Assembly (NCBI GenBank): GCA_964514565.1
Contig: CAZERA010000005.1
Coordinates: forward strand, 62,001-84,662
Direction of reading: 5' to 3'
DNA length: 22,662 nt
DNA from: an uncultured Candidatus Peribacteria bacterium
GTDB lineage: Bacteria; Patescibacteriota; Gracilibacteria; RBG-16-42-10
Shown here one piece after another: positions 1-8,619 of the stretch. Every line of letters begins with the position of its first letter. Position 1 is the first letter of the stretch. The position numbers were made by a program, and so were the translations under genes. The notes beneath the pieces were generated by a model, which worked only from the letters and a program-made list of their open reading frames with translations, ran no database searches and was not told the origin of the DNA.

Positions 1-114
1 CGCACTAATAGTTGGCACCGGTGTGTCATTGATTACTGGTGCAGGAGGTGTACCACAAGCTGACAGAGCAACACAGACCAAACCGAGTCCCCAACTTTTT
101 AAATTATTTTTCAT
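1..114 (-). CDS. Putative lipoprotein, N-terminal part (runs off the window start)
   Basis: Not in the ORF track. Manual translation from ATG at 114 gives MKNNLKSWGLGLVCVALSACGTPPAPVINDTPVPTISA: basic N-terminus, hydrophobic core, lipobox LSA-C, then a Pro/Thr linker. Confidence 0.7.
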   Translation of the reverse strand, partial: MKNNLKSWGLGLVCVALSACGTPPAPVINDTPVPTISA

Positions 115-174
115 AATAAAATAGATAAACAGGTAAGTTATAGTTAATCCCTGCCAAATGCACAAGAAAAAGCG

Positions 175-624
175 CTAGTATAAAGGCAGGCCAGTTTTTG
201 GTAAACGATCATTAATGATGTCTGCCAAGAGAGCATTGATCCATCCTGTCCTAAAATCAAATGGAGCTAGACTCACCATATCTAAATTCACCCATCGAAT
301 TTCTAATATCTCCTCCAGATCATAAGTAAAGTGCTTTACATCTTGTTTAAGCTCCACCAAATACACATGCTTACAAGTGGACTCTGCTTTCTCATGCACA
401 ATGCCAAGATGCCTATAGCTGTAGAGATGCGATTTTATACCAGTCTCCTCTTCCACTTCTCGCATCATCCCCTCATCTAGACTCTCTCCTTTATCCACTT
501 TCCCACCTGGCAGTCCCCACTTGCCACACTTATCCTTAGGTTTATTAATCCTCACCAAAAGCACTTTCCCCTGAAAAGTAACAACCGCCCCAGCAGCAAC
601 ATGAATCCGAAGTGGCCCTTTCAT
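175..624 (-). CDS. NUDIX hydrolase (MutT-like superfamily)
   Basis: Full Nudix box GGKVDKGESLDEGMMREVEEETG (GX5EX7REUXEEXG) preceded by GKWGLP. ATG at 624 (MKGPLRIHV) preferred over the track start at 675. Confidence 0.9.
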   Translation of the reverse strand: MKGPLRIHVAAGAVVTFQGKVLLVRINKPKDKCGKWGLPGGKVDKGESLDEGMMREVEEETGIKSHLYSYRHLGIVHEKAESTCKHVYLVELKQDVKHFTYDLEEILEIRWVNLDMVSLAPFDFRTGWINALLADIINDRLPKTGLPLY

Positions 625-678
625 CCTAAATAAAAGTAAAATAATACGAGATATCAATCCTCTCCAAGCCCACAAAAT

Positions 679-706
679 TCTTACCTCTTCTCTCTTACTT
701 CTTACC
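679..706. repeat. Degenerate heptamer tandem array (TCTTACC-like x4)
   Basis: TCTTACC TCTTCTC TCTTACT TCTTACC read directly. Confidence 0.8.
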
Positions 707-715
707 TCGCTAGTA

Positions 716-724
716 TGCTATACT
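716..724 (+). promoter_or_regulatory. Extended -10 promoter element for the surface protein gene
   Basis: TG-C-TATACT ending 26 nt before the ATG at 751. Confidence 0.55.
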
Positions 725-750
725 ACTAGGAAACACAAATATCAACCCCC

Positions 751-3700
751 ATGCCTTCCCCTCTTTTTTCCTTGATAAAAGGAGCTGAAACCATATTCAA
801 TCGCTACAAAAGAATCAGTATTGCACTAATACTGATAGTCTTGATTAGCACACAATTCCCACTACTTCAGCATATTGCTATCACTCAAGCAGCAGATACA
901 ATCAGCAGCCAAATTCATACATTTAACTACGCCTTTCCAACAGTACAAGACACAACTAATGCGCCACCTGGTGTAATCCTCAGACACGGTGACCAATTCG
1001 GTTTCTTTGCCCAAATTACCAACAATAGCGCTGTCTTTTCGGCTACCAGTCCTGATGCTCAGATTGAAATGCCCTCCTTAGTAGATTTCGATATTGTCAC
1101 AGGAGGGATGAGCAGCTATACCGATTTAGACTGTAGATACGTGGTACAGACTACAGGCACACTCAATTACAACGCAGATTATTTTGGGGCTGGTACAAGC
1201 TGTACTATTAGCATAGCATCAGGAACAGACATTCATCTTGCGGGTACAAGTAGTATTGGTGTTGGCCAAACTGGATATTTTAGGCTTACTGGCATGCAGG
1301 CCCAAGCAACGACTCCTTTTAGTCCTTTTGTATTGGCTGCCAAAGGCAGTGGAAAAGCAAACTTAAACAGTATATCGGTAAATACTGGACAACCAAGCAC
1401 CACTTACCTAAAAATTGGCGATGCTACTATTAGTGGGTCAATTTTTTACGACAATGGGACACCAGTTGACGCTGACAATGGCACAAAACAACTATCTGAA
1501 TCACTAGTAACCACACCGGGTAGTGTCACTGCAGTAGTATCAGATGGAACACGAAGCTATACCGGATTAGTCGACGGCAGTGGAAACTATTCAGTTCGTG
1601 TACCTGAAAACAATGAAGTAGGAGCTACAGTCTACTTTATGGCTACTCCTATTATTCCTAGTGGATTCAGGGTAACTACACCTTTTAGCTCAACATGGGT
1701 CCTCCCCACTGGTGATAGCGCCACCCAAAACATCGGTATCAATAATCAAACTGATCTTTCTATCTCAATGACTGGGTCCCCAGGCACAGCCACTCAAGGC
1801 AGTGCAGTCCAATTCGATACTACCATCTCCAACCACGGACCAGCGGCAGCGACTAATGTTCATGTATCTATTCCATCTAGCGGCTCAAACTACTCATATT
1901 TAAGTTCCCTCCCACCGAGTGGGACTACCTACAACTCCTCTACAGGTGAATGGATTATTCCTGTCTTACCAAGTGGTGGCAATCTGACTATTTATATTAC
2001 CATTTCATTAAGTGGCTCTGGCACAGTAAATTTCACGGCTGAAGTCACTGGTATGGATACACCAATTAGCGATTTTGGATCGCCGGACCAAAACTCAGTG
2101 CCAAACAATCATCAATCAGCTGAAGATGATCAGTTTACTAGCAGTGTTAGTGTTACTGCCGCCACCCGTATTGATGGCATGATATTTGAAGACACCCACG
2201 AAAACCACACCTACAATGGACCAACAGATGATCCGGGATTACTTAATGTCACAGTCAATTTGTACGACACCACAGGACCAGAAACATTTGTGGCCTCAAC
2301 ACTCACAGATGCCGATGGCCAGTATCAATTCAATAGTGGCATAATTGCTAGTCACAACTATCAGGTAAGAATTGTCGATCCAGCAGGATACGACTTAACC
2401 TTGGGCGACAATACCCAAGACATTACCAATGCAGTCAGTGGAGCAGTTTATACGCTAGATTTCGTAGGCTATTTCCATCCTGGTAGCATTAGCGGAATGG
2501 TATTTATTGATAGTAACTACAACAATTTCCGAGACGGAGGTGAGAATGCCGGGTTATCAAATATAAATGTTGACCTTTTGACCAATACTGGGGCGTTGGT
2601 ATCAAGCCAACTAACCAATGGGGCTGGTCAATACTCATTTCCTGATTTACATGCAGGTGGTTACATCCTCGACTTTGCCACACCGACCAATTACGGTTAC
2701 GTAACACCAAATATTGGGCCTACCGATACTGATAGCGATATCATTGCGAGTTCAGGCTACACTGGAATACTCGATGTAGTCTCCAATAGTATTTCCGCCA
2801 ATATTGACGCCGGTCTCAACTTACAAAATGCTGACCTCACTATCTCCAAATCAGCAGATCGCACCAATCCTTTAGTAGGCGATGCCATTACGTATACCAT
2901 TCGGGTTTACAATAATGGCCCACTAAATAGCAGTGGTAGCATAGTCACGGATATCTTACCTAGCGAAGTAGAATACGTATCATCTCATACTAGAGGAGCT
3001 GGCGGTGGCGGCACATTTGATAATAATACTGGACGATGGTCATTACCTCAAATCAACAGTGGTGAGGAATCATTTCTAGATATTACTGTCCAGGTGATGA
3101 GTGGTAGCACATTTAGAAATACTGCGAGTATTACCACTAGCGCCCAACCAGATAGTGACAGCAGCAACAACTCCTCTTTTGTCGATGTTTTTGCCTCTAT
3201 GATTTCTCCTTCTCCCACTCCATCAGGTTCACCCTCACCATCGACATCACCTACTCCTACCACCACGCCTACTCCCACAATTAGCCCATCTCCTACCGCA
3301 ACACCCACACCATCCAATTCGCCAAGTAGCTCACCCAGTCCGACTCCATCAGCCACACCATCAGCGCAAGCTAGTCTCACCATCAATAAATATGTACTAG
3401 CCACCAATAGTACCCCAGGTGGCGAAAGCTCAGATAACAGTGGTGGGCCTCAAGTCAGACCGGGTAGTGAACTTACTTACTATATCGATGTAAGTAATGA
3501 TTCAGGGATTACAGCGCACGGCATAGTAATAACTGACACATTACCGTCTGCCCTGAATAGTTCTGGTTGGACATGTGCAGCTACTGTTAAAGAGCATGGC
3601 CCAGTTGACCATGATATCAATTTCCCCGGACCATGCGAATTACAAAGTAACGGCACTCTTTCTGGCCTGCCCAGTAATTTAAGCAATACTGACACCCTCC

Positions 3701-5319
3701 ATATTCGCCTATCCAACCAAACCGCTCCCACACAACCAGGTGAGCTTTGTAATACGGCGTCGGTCCAAGCTGATCAGGTCAATACTATTAGTGATCGCGC
3801 ATGTATTGTCGTGATTGCACCAGCACTGAGTCTCACAAAGACTGCTAGTCCATCACAGGTCATACCAGGTGGAACCGTCACCTATAGCCTCACGGTCACC
3901 AACAACGGTACTTCGCCAGCCAATAACGTAGAAATTATTGATGATTTAGCCAATACTGATTTACAAACGAATCTCATTCCTAGCTGTGTACTCTCTACTC
4001 GTCAGATCACTATCCTCGATGACGGCGCATTCACTCCAGAAAATCCCAATGCTATTCATTGGAATATCGGTACACTGGCAGCAGGACAGTCCACTACTGT
4101 GCATCTTCGAGCAGAAATCAGAAACGATTTAACTGCTAGTACCAACTGCCGCAATACAGCAGTCACTGGCGGTAGCAATGTCAGTACCACCCAAGCAAAT
4201 GTCACTATTCGTGTCCCGGTCATTACACCGGCAGGAGCAGCACTTACATTCACCAAAGAAGCAATCAATGCACGAAATAATTATGTATTTGTACCTGGAG
4301 AACATGTTCAATACAGACTAACAGTGAACAATACTGGCGAGCAAAATAGTGAGTCACTTACTATTCGAGATCCTGGTAATAGCCCTTACCTCAAAAACAA
4401 CACTGCCCAAACTAGCGGAGGTATCATCAATAGCATCAATCCCCTAGTTATTACTGATCTATTAGTATCAGGTGGCAGAAACCATGTAGCGAATTATGAT
4501 GCCACCATTACCAGTGCAGATCACTTCCCACTCACTAGTTTTAAGCTGCACAAAAATGCTGATAAGACTGATAAAGATTTTTATCCCGAAAAAGTACAAA
4601 CTAGTAGGCTGAGAAGTAATAATGATAGTAGTCCAAGTGACATACTCAATGCTCCCGATGGCAATGGCGTCATTCTTGGTAGTAGGGGCTCTATTACACT
4701 CAGTGCTAGTCGTAGTGGCAAAGTAATCGTAGACGGCGATGGAGACGACTTTTGTCTAGCAACACTCAATGTCCAAGCAAACACACGCTACCGTGTTTCA
4801 GTCAGTCAGAGTGATAATCAAGATACATTTGAAGAATTGGGCACTAGCAATGGCAAGAACAACTGTTTTGATTTGAGTGATGCAGATATCAACTGGGCTA
4901 GATACGTCAAGATTGAAGATCGCTCAAACAGTACAAGCACAATCACCAGCTTCGGCTTGGACGCAGTTTGTTTATTGCATATAGGAGGTCTAATCGACAA
5001 TACAGCTAACCTCTCTACTGATGACCGACTCATCGGTAGCAGTACCAGTACAATAGTAGTAGACTTCACTGATATATTTGATTCACCACTCAGTCCAACA
5101 GACTGTCGCACAAAAAAACAAGCGCGCGTAAGTGAACTACAAATCCTTCCGCTACCACCAATTGTTGAAGCAGCAATAGTAGAACCACTGCCACTAGAAC
5201 AAAACACGCCGATTGAGTTACCAAAAACTGGTAGTGAGACAGCTCTAGTAATTATCCTAAGTAGTAGCTTGGGAGCACTACAATGGTATCGCACCAGAAG
5301 ACGTAACAAACAGAAGTAA
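751..5319 (+). CDS. Large secreted cell-surface protein with SdrD-B-like and DUF11 Ig repeats, a Pro/Ser/Thr linker and a C-terminal LPXTG sorting signal
   Basis: N-terminal signal peptide. SdrD-B-type starts ISGSIFYDNG, IDGMIFEDTHEN, ISGMVFIDSNYN. Five DUF11-like repeats (e.g. ADLTISKSADRTNPLVGDAITYTIRVYNNGP). SPSPTP linker at about 3200-3365. LPKTG at 5218-5232, then a hydrophobic segment and RTRRRNKQK. Confidence 0.88.
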   Translation: MPSPLFSLIKGAETIFNRYKRISIALILIVLISTQFPLLQHIAITQAADTISSQIHTFNYAFPTVQDTTNAPPGVILRHGDQFGFFAQITNNSAVFSATSPDAQIEMPSLVDFDIVTGGMSSYTDLDCRYVVQTTGTLNYNADYFGAGTSCTISIASGTDIHLAGTSSIGVGQTGYFRLTGMQAQATTPFSPFVLAAKGSGKANLNSISVNTGQPSTTYLKIGDATISGSIFYDNGTPVDADNGTKQLSESLVTTPGSVTAVVSDGTRSYTGLVDGSGNYSVRVPENNEVGATVYFMATPIIPSGFRVTTPFSSTWVLPTGDSATQNIGINNQTDLSISMTGSPGTATQGSAVQFDTTISNHGPAAATNVHVSIPSSGSNYSYLSSLPPSGTTYNSSTGEWIIPVLPSGGNLTIYITISLSGSGTVNFTAEVTGMDTPISDFGSPDQNSVPNNHQSAEDDQFTSSVSVTAATRIDGMIFEDTHENHTYNGPTDDPGLLNVTVNLYDTTGPETFVASTLTDADGQYQFNSGIIASHNYQVRIVDPAGYDLTLGDNTQDITNAVSGAVYTLDFVGYFHPGSISGMVFIDSNYNNFRDGGENAGLSNINVDLLTNTGALVSSQLTNGAGQYSFPDLHAGGYILDFATPTNYGYVTPNIGPTDTDSDIIASSGYTGILDVVSNSISANIDAGLNLQNADLTISKSADRTNPLVGDAITYTIRVYNNGPLNSSGSIVTDILPSEVEYVSSHTRGAGGGGTFDNNTGRWSLPQINSGEESFLDITVQVMSGSTFRNTASITTSAQPDSDSSNNSSFVDVFASMISPSPTPSGSPSPSTSPTPTTTPTPTISPSPTATPTPSNSPSSSPSPTPSATPSAQASLTINKYVLATNSTPGGESSDNSGGPQVRPGSELTYYIDVSNDSGITAHGIVITDTLPSALNSSGWTCAATVKEHGPVDHDINFPGPCELQSNGTLSGLPSNLSNTDTLHIRLSNQTAPTQPGELCNTASVQADQVNTISDRACIVVIAPALSLTKTASPSQVIPGGTVTYSLTVTNNGTSPANNVEIIDDLANTDLQTNLIPSCVLSTRQITILDDGAFTPENPNAIHWNIGTLAAGQSTTVHLRAEIRNDLTASTNCRNTAVTGGSNVSTTQANVTIRVPVITPAGAALTFTKEAINARNNYVFVPGEHVQYRLTVNNTGEQNSESLTIRDPGNSPYLKNNTAQTSGGIINSINPLVITDLLVSGGRNHVANYDATITSADHFPLTSFKLHKNADKTDKDFYPEKVQTSRLRSNNDSSPSDILNAPDGNGVILGSRGSITLSASRSGKVIVDGDGDDFCLATLNVQANTRYRVSVSQSDNQDTFEELGTSNGKNNCFDLSDADINWARYVKIEDRSNSTSTITSFGLDAVCLLHIGGLIDNTANLSTDDRLIGSSTSTIVVDFTDIFDSPLSPTDCRTKKQARVSELQILPLPPIVEAAIVEPLPLEQNTPIELPKTGSETALVIILSSSLGALQWYRTRRRNKQK

Positions 5320-5349
5320 GCCGAAGGGATCAATCCGAACAATAAATAA

Positions 5350-5384
5350 ACGCAATGATAGTTCACCACCAACTATCATTGCGT
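5350..5384 (-). terminator. Perfect 14-bp hairpin between convergent genes; likely intrinsic terminator
   Basis: ACGCAATGATAGTT-CACCACC-AACTATCATTGCGT; followed on the minus strand by TTATTTATT. Confidence 0.75.
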
Positions 5385-5407
5385 CATGTTAACCATCTCA
5401 GAAAATC

Positions 5408-5438
5408 TCTGACCTCTGCTCTCGCACCTCTGACCTCT
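5408..5438. repeat. Degenerate heptamer tandem array (TCTGACC-like x4)
   Basis: TCTGACC TCTGCTC TCGCACC TCTGACC TCT, abutting the stop codon of the YtxH-like gene. Confidence 0.8.
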
Positions 5439-5874
5439 ATTTGTTTCCTTCCTTAATCGTTTCCCACTCAGCCTTCAAATCATCTACCAGTTTAGCGATC
5501 ACCTCTTTGGTCCATTTTTTCCCTTTAGAGTAAAGCCCGACTGCTTCTTCTACGATCGCATGATACTTCTTTTGAGTAAGTTTTGATTTTGCGCCTAGCT
5601 GTTCAATCATAGCCAAAACTTGGGCACGAATCTCAATATAATTGTGCTCCAATTCATTGCTCACCTTACCAAAAGTACTATAAACAATTTCTTGTACTTG
5701 CGTTCGAGTCTTACCAAATTTCTTGGCCAAAGTACCAGCTTGCTTCACCAGTTCTTTACGTAGTTGCTTACCAGACTTTGGGGCCAATACCAATCCCAAA
5801 GCAGCACCAATTGCTGCAGCTACAGCTACTCCTAGTAATGCTCCACCATTTCCACCCTGATCTTGCTGTGCCAT
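5437..5874 (-). CDS. YtxH domain-containing protein
   Basis: Gly/Ala-rich hydrophobic N-terminus followed by the family motif LAPKSGKQLRKEL and a helical, Lys-rich C-terminus. Confidence 0.85.
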   Translation of the reverse strand: MAQQDQGGNGGALLGVAVAAAIGAALGLVLAPKSGKQLRKELVKQAGTLAKKFGKTRTQVQEIVYSTFGKVSNELEHNYIEIRAQVLAMIEQLGAKSKLTQKKYHAIVEEAVGLYSKGKKWTKEVIAKLVDDLKAEWETIKEGNK

Positions 5875-5921
5875 TTCATAAATTTAATCGAGGTCACTAT
5901 ACCTGTTTTTAGGAATTGACC

Positions 5922-6004
5922 AAAATATTTTGCAATATTGATTGATTGAAAAACAGCCCACCAAAACAAAAACAATCTCCCCAATCAATACTAAAAAATA
6001 TTTT
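5922..6004. repeat. 23-bp imperfect inverted repeat with 37-bp spacer
   Basis: AAAATATTTTGCAATATTGATTG (5922-5944) versus CAATCAATACTAAAAAATATTTT (5982-6004); 20/23 complementary. Confidence 0.6.
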
Positions 6005-6039
6005 AGGGATAGAGCCAAATAAATTGATCAAAACTCACC

Positions 6040-6068
6040 TTGAACACCACCCCCAGAGAGACTACCTT
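6040..6068 (+). promoter_or_regulatory. Sigma70-type promoter of nrdJ
   Basis: TTGAAC (6040-6045), 17 bp, TACCTT (6063-6068), immediately followed by the first NrdR box. Confidence 0.6.
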
Positions 6069-6070
6069 GT

Positions 6071-6118
6071 GTACAAGATCTTGTGGCAAGAGTGAAATTT
6101 AACCACAAGATATAGCAT
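6071..6118 (+). promoter_or_regulatory. Tandem NrdR boxes
   Basis: GTACAAGATCTTGTGG (6071-6086, palindromic core ACAAGATCTTGT) and CCACAAGATATAGCAT (6103-6118), 32 bp start to start, directly upstream of an RNR gene. Confidence 0.8.
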
Positions 6119-6131
6119 TAACGTTATCCTC

Positions 6132-8423
6132 ATGCCCCAAATCCTTCAGATCAAAAAACGCGATAACAACATCGTAGATTTTGACGTTCAAAAAATCAGT
6201 CAGGCTATTTTTCATGCTGCCCAATCAGTCGGTGGTGATGACACCATCGAATCCGATCGCTTAGCACAGTTGGTAGCTGACATGCTCAACCAAAAGTTTA
6301 AGCACACTTCTATTCCTTCAGTAGAAGAAGTCCAAGATATCGTAGAAAAAGTCTTGATCGAAGAAGGTCATGCTAAAACAGCAAAAGCTTACATTCTTTA
6401 TCGTGAGAAGCGTCGCCAAATTCGTGATGAGCAAATGAAGCTTATGAATGGTTTCACTACCAAGCTTCCATTTACAAACAATGCCTTACGCGTTATTGCG
6501 GGCCGCTATTTGGTACGTGATGATGAAAAAGGTGAGATCATAGAATCTCCTGAGGGCATGTTTCACCGTGTGGCTGATTCGTTGGCTGCGATTGAACGCA
6601 ATTATGGCAAGGGGGACACTGAGGTAAAACATACAGCCCAACAATTCTGGGAAGTACTCAGTAGTTTCGAATTCACTCCAGCTGGTCGTACTTTAGCCAA
6701 TGCAGGCGCACCGACTCCACTGATTTCCAACTGTATCGTCCTCCATATGGAAGACAGCATGAAAGGTATTTTCAAGACATTGAGTGATGCTGCTTTATTA
6801 CAAAAAGCCGGTTCAGGATTAGGCTTCCCTTTCCATTTACTTCGTCCAGCCGGTGCTTTCTGTAAGAGTTCACGTGGTACCGCTGGTGGACCAGTTTCTT
6901 TCCTCCATGTCTACAACGAAGCGTTTGGTGTCATCAAACAACAAGGTCGCCATGGTGCCAATATGGCCGTTATGAAAGTGGACCATCCAGATATTCTTGA
7001 GTTCATTCACTGCAAAGCAGTAGAAGGACGGATCAAGAACTTCAATATCTCAGTCGGTATCACTGATGCTTTCATGGAAGCAGTAAAATCAGAGAGTAAA
7101 GAACCTTGGATGTGTCAGTTCAATGGCATCCAAATGAAGCCACGTCGAGTTTACCGCAATAAAGATATGGTAATTGAAAAAATTGAAGACGAGACCCTGA
7201 CAGCATCAGAACTATTGCACGAAATCGTAACTGCAGCTTGGCACAATGGTGAGCCTGGTGTGGTATTCCTCGATGCCGTCAACCGTACAAATCCAGTACC
7301 AAAACTAGGTAGCATTGAAGCTTGTAACCCCTGTGGTGAACAATTCCTCCATGACGGTGATGTTTGTAATCTCGGCTCAATCAATCTGGAAAAATTTGTA
7401 ATAAAGGGACAAGTCGACTACGAACGCCTCAAGTATGTCACTGGTGTAGCTATTCGCATGCTGGACAATGTAATTGATCTGACTGACTTCCCTGTAGAAA
7501 AAGTAAACCTCACTTTCCGTGGCAATCGCCGTATCGGTCTAGGTATCATGGGCTTTGCTGATATGCTTTACCAACTCGGGATCCCTTACAATTCTGAAGA
7601 GGGTATCCGTACAGCAGAAGCAGTAATGAGCACTATTCAAAAAGCTTCTCATGACATGTCTGAAAAGCTCGCTGATGAAAAAGGCATATTCCCCAATTAT
7701 GAATTGAGTATCTTCAAAGAGCGAGGTGTCAAAATGCGCAACGCTGCTTTGACCACTATCGCACCTACTGGCTCAATCGCCATGATTTACGATGTATCTA
7801 GTGGAGTAGAACCATATTTCGCTTTGTCTTATTACAAACAAAACGTAATGGGTGGACAGAGCTTGTATTATGGCAATAAGCACTTTGAGCAAACCCTACG
7901 AGATCGTGGTATTTACTCTCAAGAGCTCATGCAAAAAGTAGCTGAACATGGCACTATCCAAGATATCGAAGAAATTCCTGAAGATATCAAAAAAGTGTTT
8001 GTTACTGCTATGGATATTTCTGCTGAAGATCATATCCGCATGCAAGCTGCTTTCCAAAGACATATCGACAATAGCATTTCAAAGACTGTGAACTTCAACA
8101 ACTCTGCCACCAAAGAAGACGTCATGAATGGTTATCTTCTCGCTTGGGAATTGGGCTGTAAAGGTTGTACTGTTTATCGTGATGGTAGTCGTGAGATTCA
8201 AATCTTGAGCATCAAAGGCAAAGACGTTAAAAAATCTACGCAAACTGATGATCAAGAGAGTCCAATCGATGCTCAAATCAATCTAGAAGTACAAGAACTC
8301 AAAAGCCTCTCCAAAGCTGAACTGATGAAAAAAGGGATCTGTCCTGAATGTCAGAATAAGCTGGTCAAAGAAGAAGGCTGTGCCAAATGTCACAACTGTG
8401 CCTTCTCTGTCTGCGCTCTGTAG
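6132..8423 (+). CDS. nrdJ: Adenosylcobalamin-dependent (class II) ribonucleoside-diphosphate reductase with N-terminal ATP cone
   Basis: ATP cone (IKKRDNNIVDFDVQKI...VEEVQDIVE...AKAYILYRE); PAGRTLANAG, SNCIV, NPCGEQ, CNLGSINL, RRIGLGIMG, TIAPTGS, SISKTVN, TVYRDGSR; C-terminal CPEC...EGCAKCHNC..SVC ribbon; no class I beta subunit adjacent. Confidence 0.93.
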   Translation: MPQILQIKKRDNNIVDFDVQKISQAIFHAAQSVGGDDTIESDRLAQLVADMLNQKFKHTSIPSVEEVQDIVEKVLIEEGHAKTAKAYILYREKRRQIRDEQMKLMNGFTTKLPFTNNALRVIAGRYLVRDDEKGEIIESPEGMFHRVADSLAAIERNYGKGDTEVKHTAQQFWEVLSSFEFTPAGRTLANAGAPTPLISNCIVLHMEDSMKGIFKTLSDAALLQKAGSGLGFPFHLLRPAGAFCKSSRGTAGGPVSFLHVYNEAFGVIKQQGRHGANMAVMKVDHPDILEFIHCKAVEGRIKNFNISVGITDAFMEAVKSESKEPWMCQFNGIQMKPRRVYRNKDMVIEKIEDETLTASELLHEIVTAAWHNGEPGVVFLDAVNRTNPVPKLGSIEACNPCGEQFLHDGDVCNLGSINLEKFVIKGQVDYERLKYVTGVAIRMLDNVIDLTDFPVEKVNLTFRGNRRIGLGIMGFADMLYQLGIPYNSEEGIRTAEAVMSTIQKASHDMSEKLADEKGIFPNYELSIFKERGVKMRNAALTTIAPTGSIAMIYDVSSGVEPYFALSYYKQNVMGGQSLYYGNKHFEQTLRDRGIYSQELMQKVAEHGTIQDIEEIPEDIKKVFVTAMDISAEDHIRMQAAFQRHIDNSISKTVNFNNSATKEDVMNGYLLAWELGCKGCTVYRDGSREIQILSIKGKDVKKSTQTDDQESPIDAQINLEVQELKSLSKAELMKKGICPECQNKLVKEEGCAKCHNCAFSVCAL

Positions 8424-8443
8424 ATCGTAAGTTACGACAGTTA

Positions 8444-8483
8444 AAACAAAAAGCTCAGGTCATTATCCTGAGCTTTTTTGTTT
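8444..8483 (+). terminator. Intrinsic (possibly bidirectional) terminator after nrdJ
   Basis: AAACAAAAAGCTCAGG-TCATTAT-CCTGAGCTTTTTTGTTT. Confidence 0.9.
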
Positions 8484-8518
8484 GTACCCAAGTATGAAAC
8501 GAGCTATAACATGAAGAT

Positions 8519-8602
8519 AGTGAATAATGAATAATTAAAAGTACAAAGTTAATTTAAAGCTCGCATCCTAAACTATTAATTTTTACTTCTTAACTATTCA
8601 CT
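8519..8602. repeat. Two inverted degenerate heptamer arrays
   Basis: Plus strand AGTGAAT AATGAAT AATTAAA AGTACAA AGTTAAT (8519-8553); minus strand AGTGAAT AGTTAAG AAGTAAA AATTAAT AGTTTAG (8602-8568). Confidence 0.6.
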
Positions 8603-8619
8603 CCCCTCCCCAGAAAACT

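Noticed and set aside
3048..3407. 119-aa minus-strand GVGVGDG-rich ORF
   Set aside because: Antisense shadow of the Pro/Ser/Thr linker of the surface protein.
6022..6039. AACTCACC next to the nrdJ -35 as a LexA site
   Set aside because: Only a half-site; no GGTGA at N8 spacing.
5875..6131. Cobalamin riboswitch upstream of nrdJ
   Set aside because: No B12-box-like conserved elements seen, and the predicted 5' UTR is only about 55 nt.
6132..8423. Intein or intron in nrdJ
   Set aside because: Catalytic motifs are contiguous, the length leaves no room, and no splice-junction or LAGLIDADG motifs were seen.
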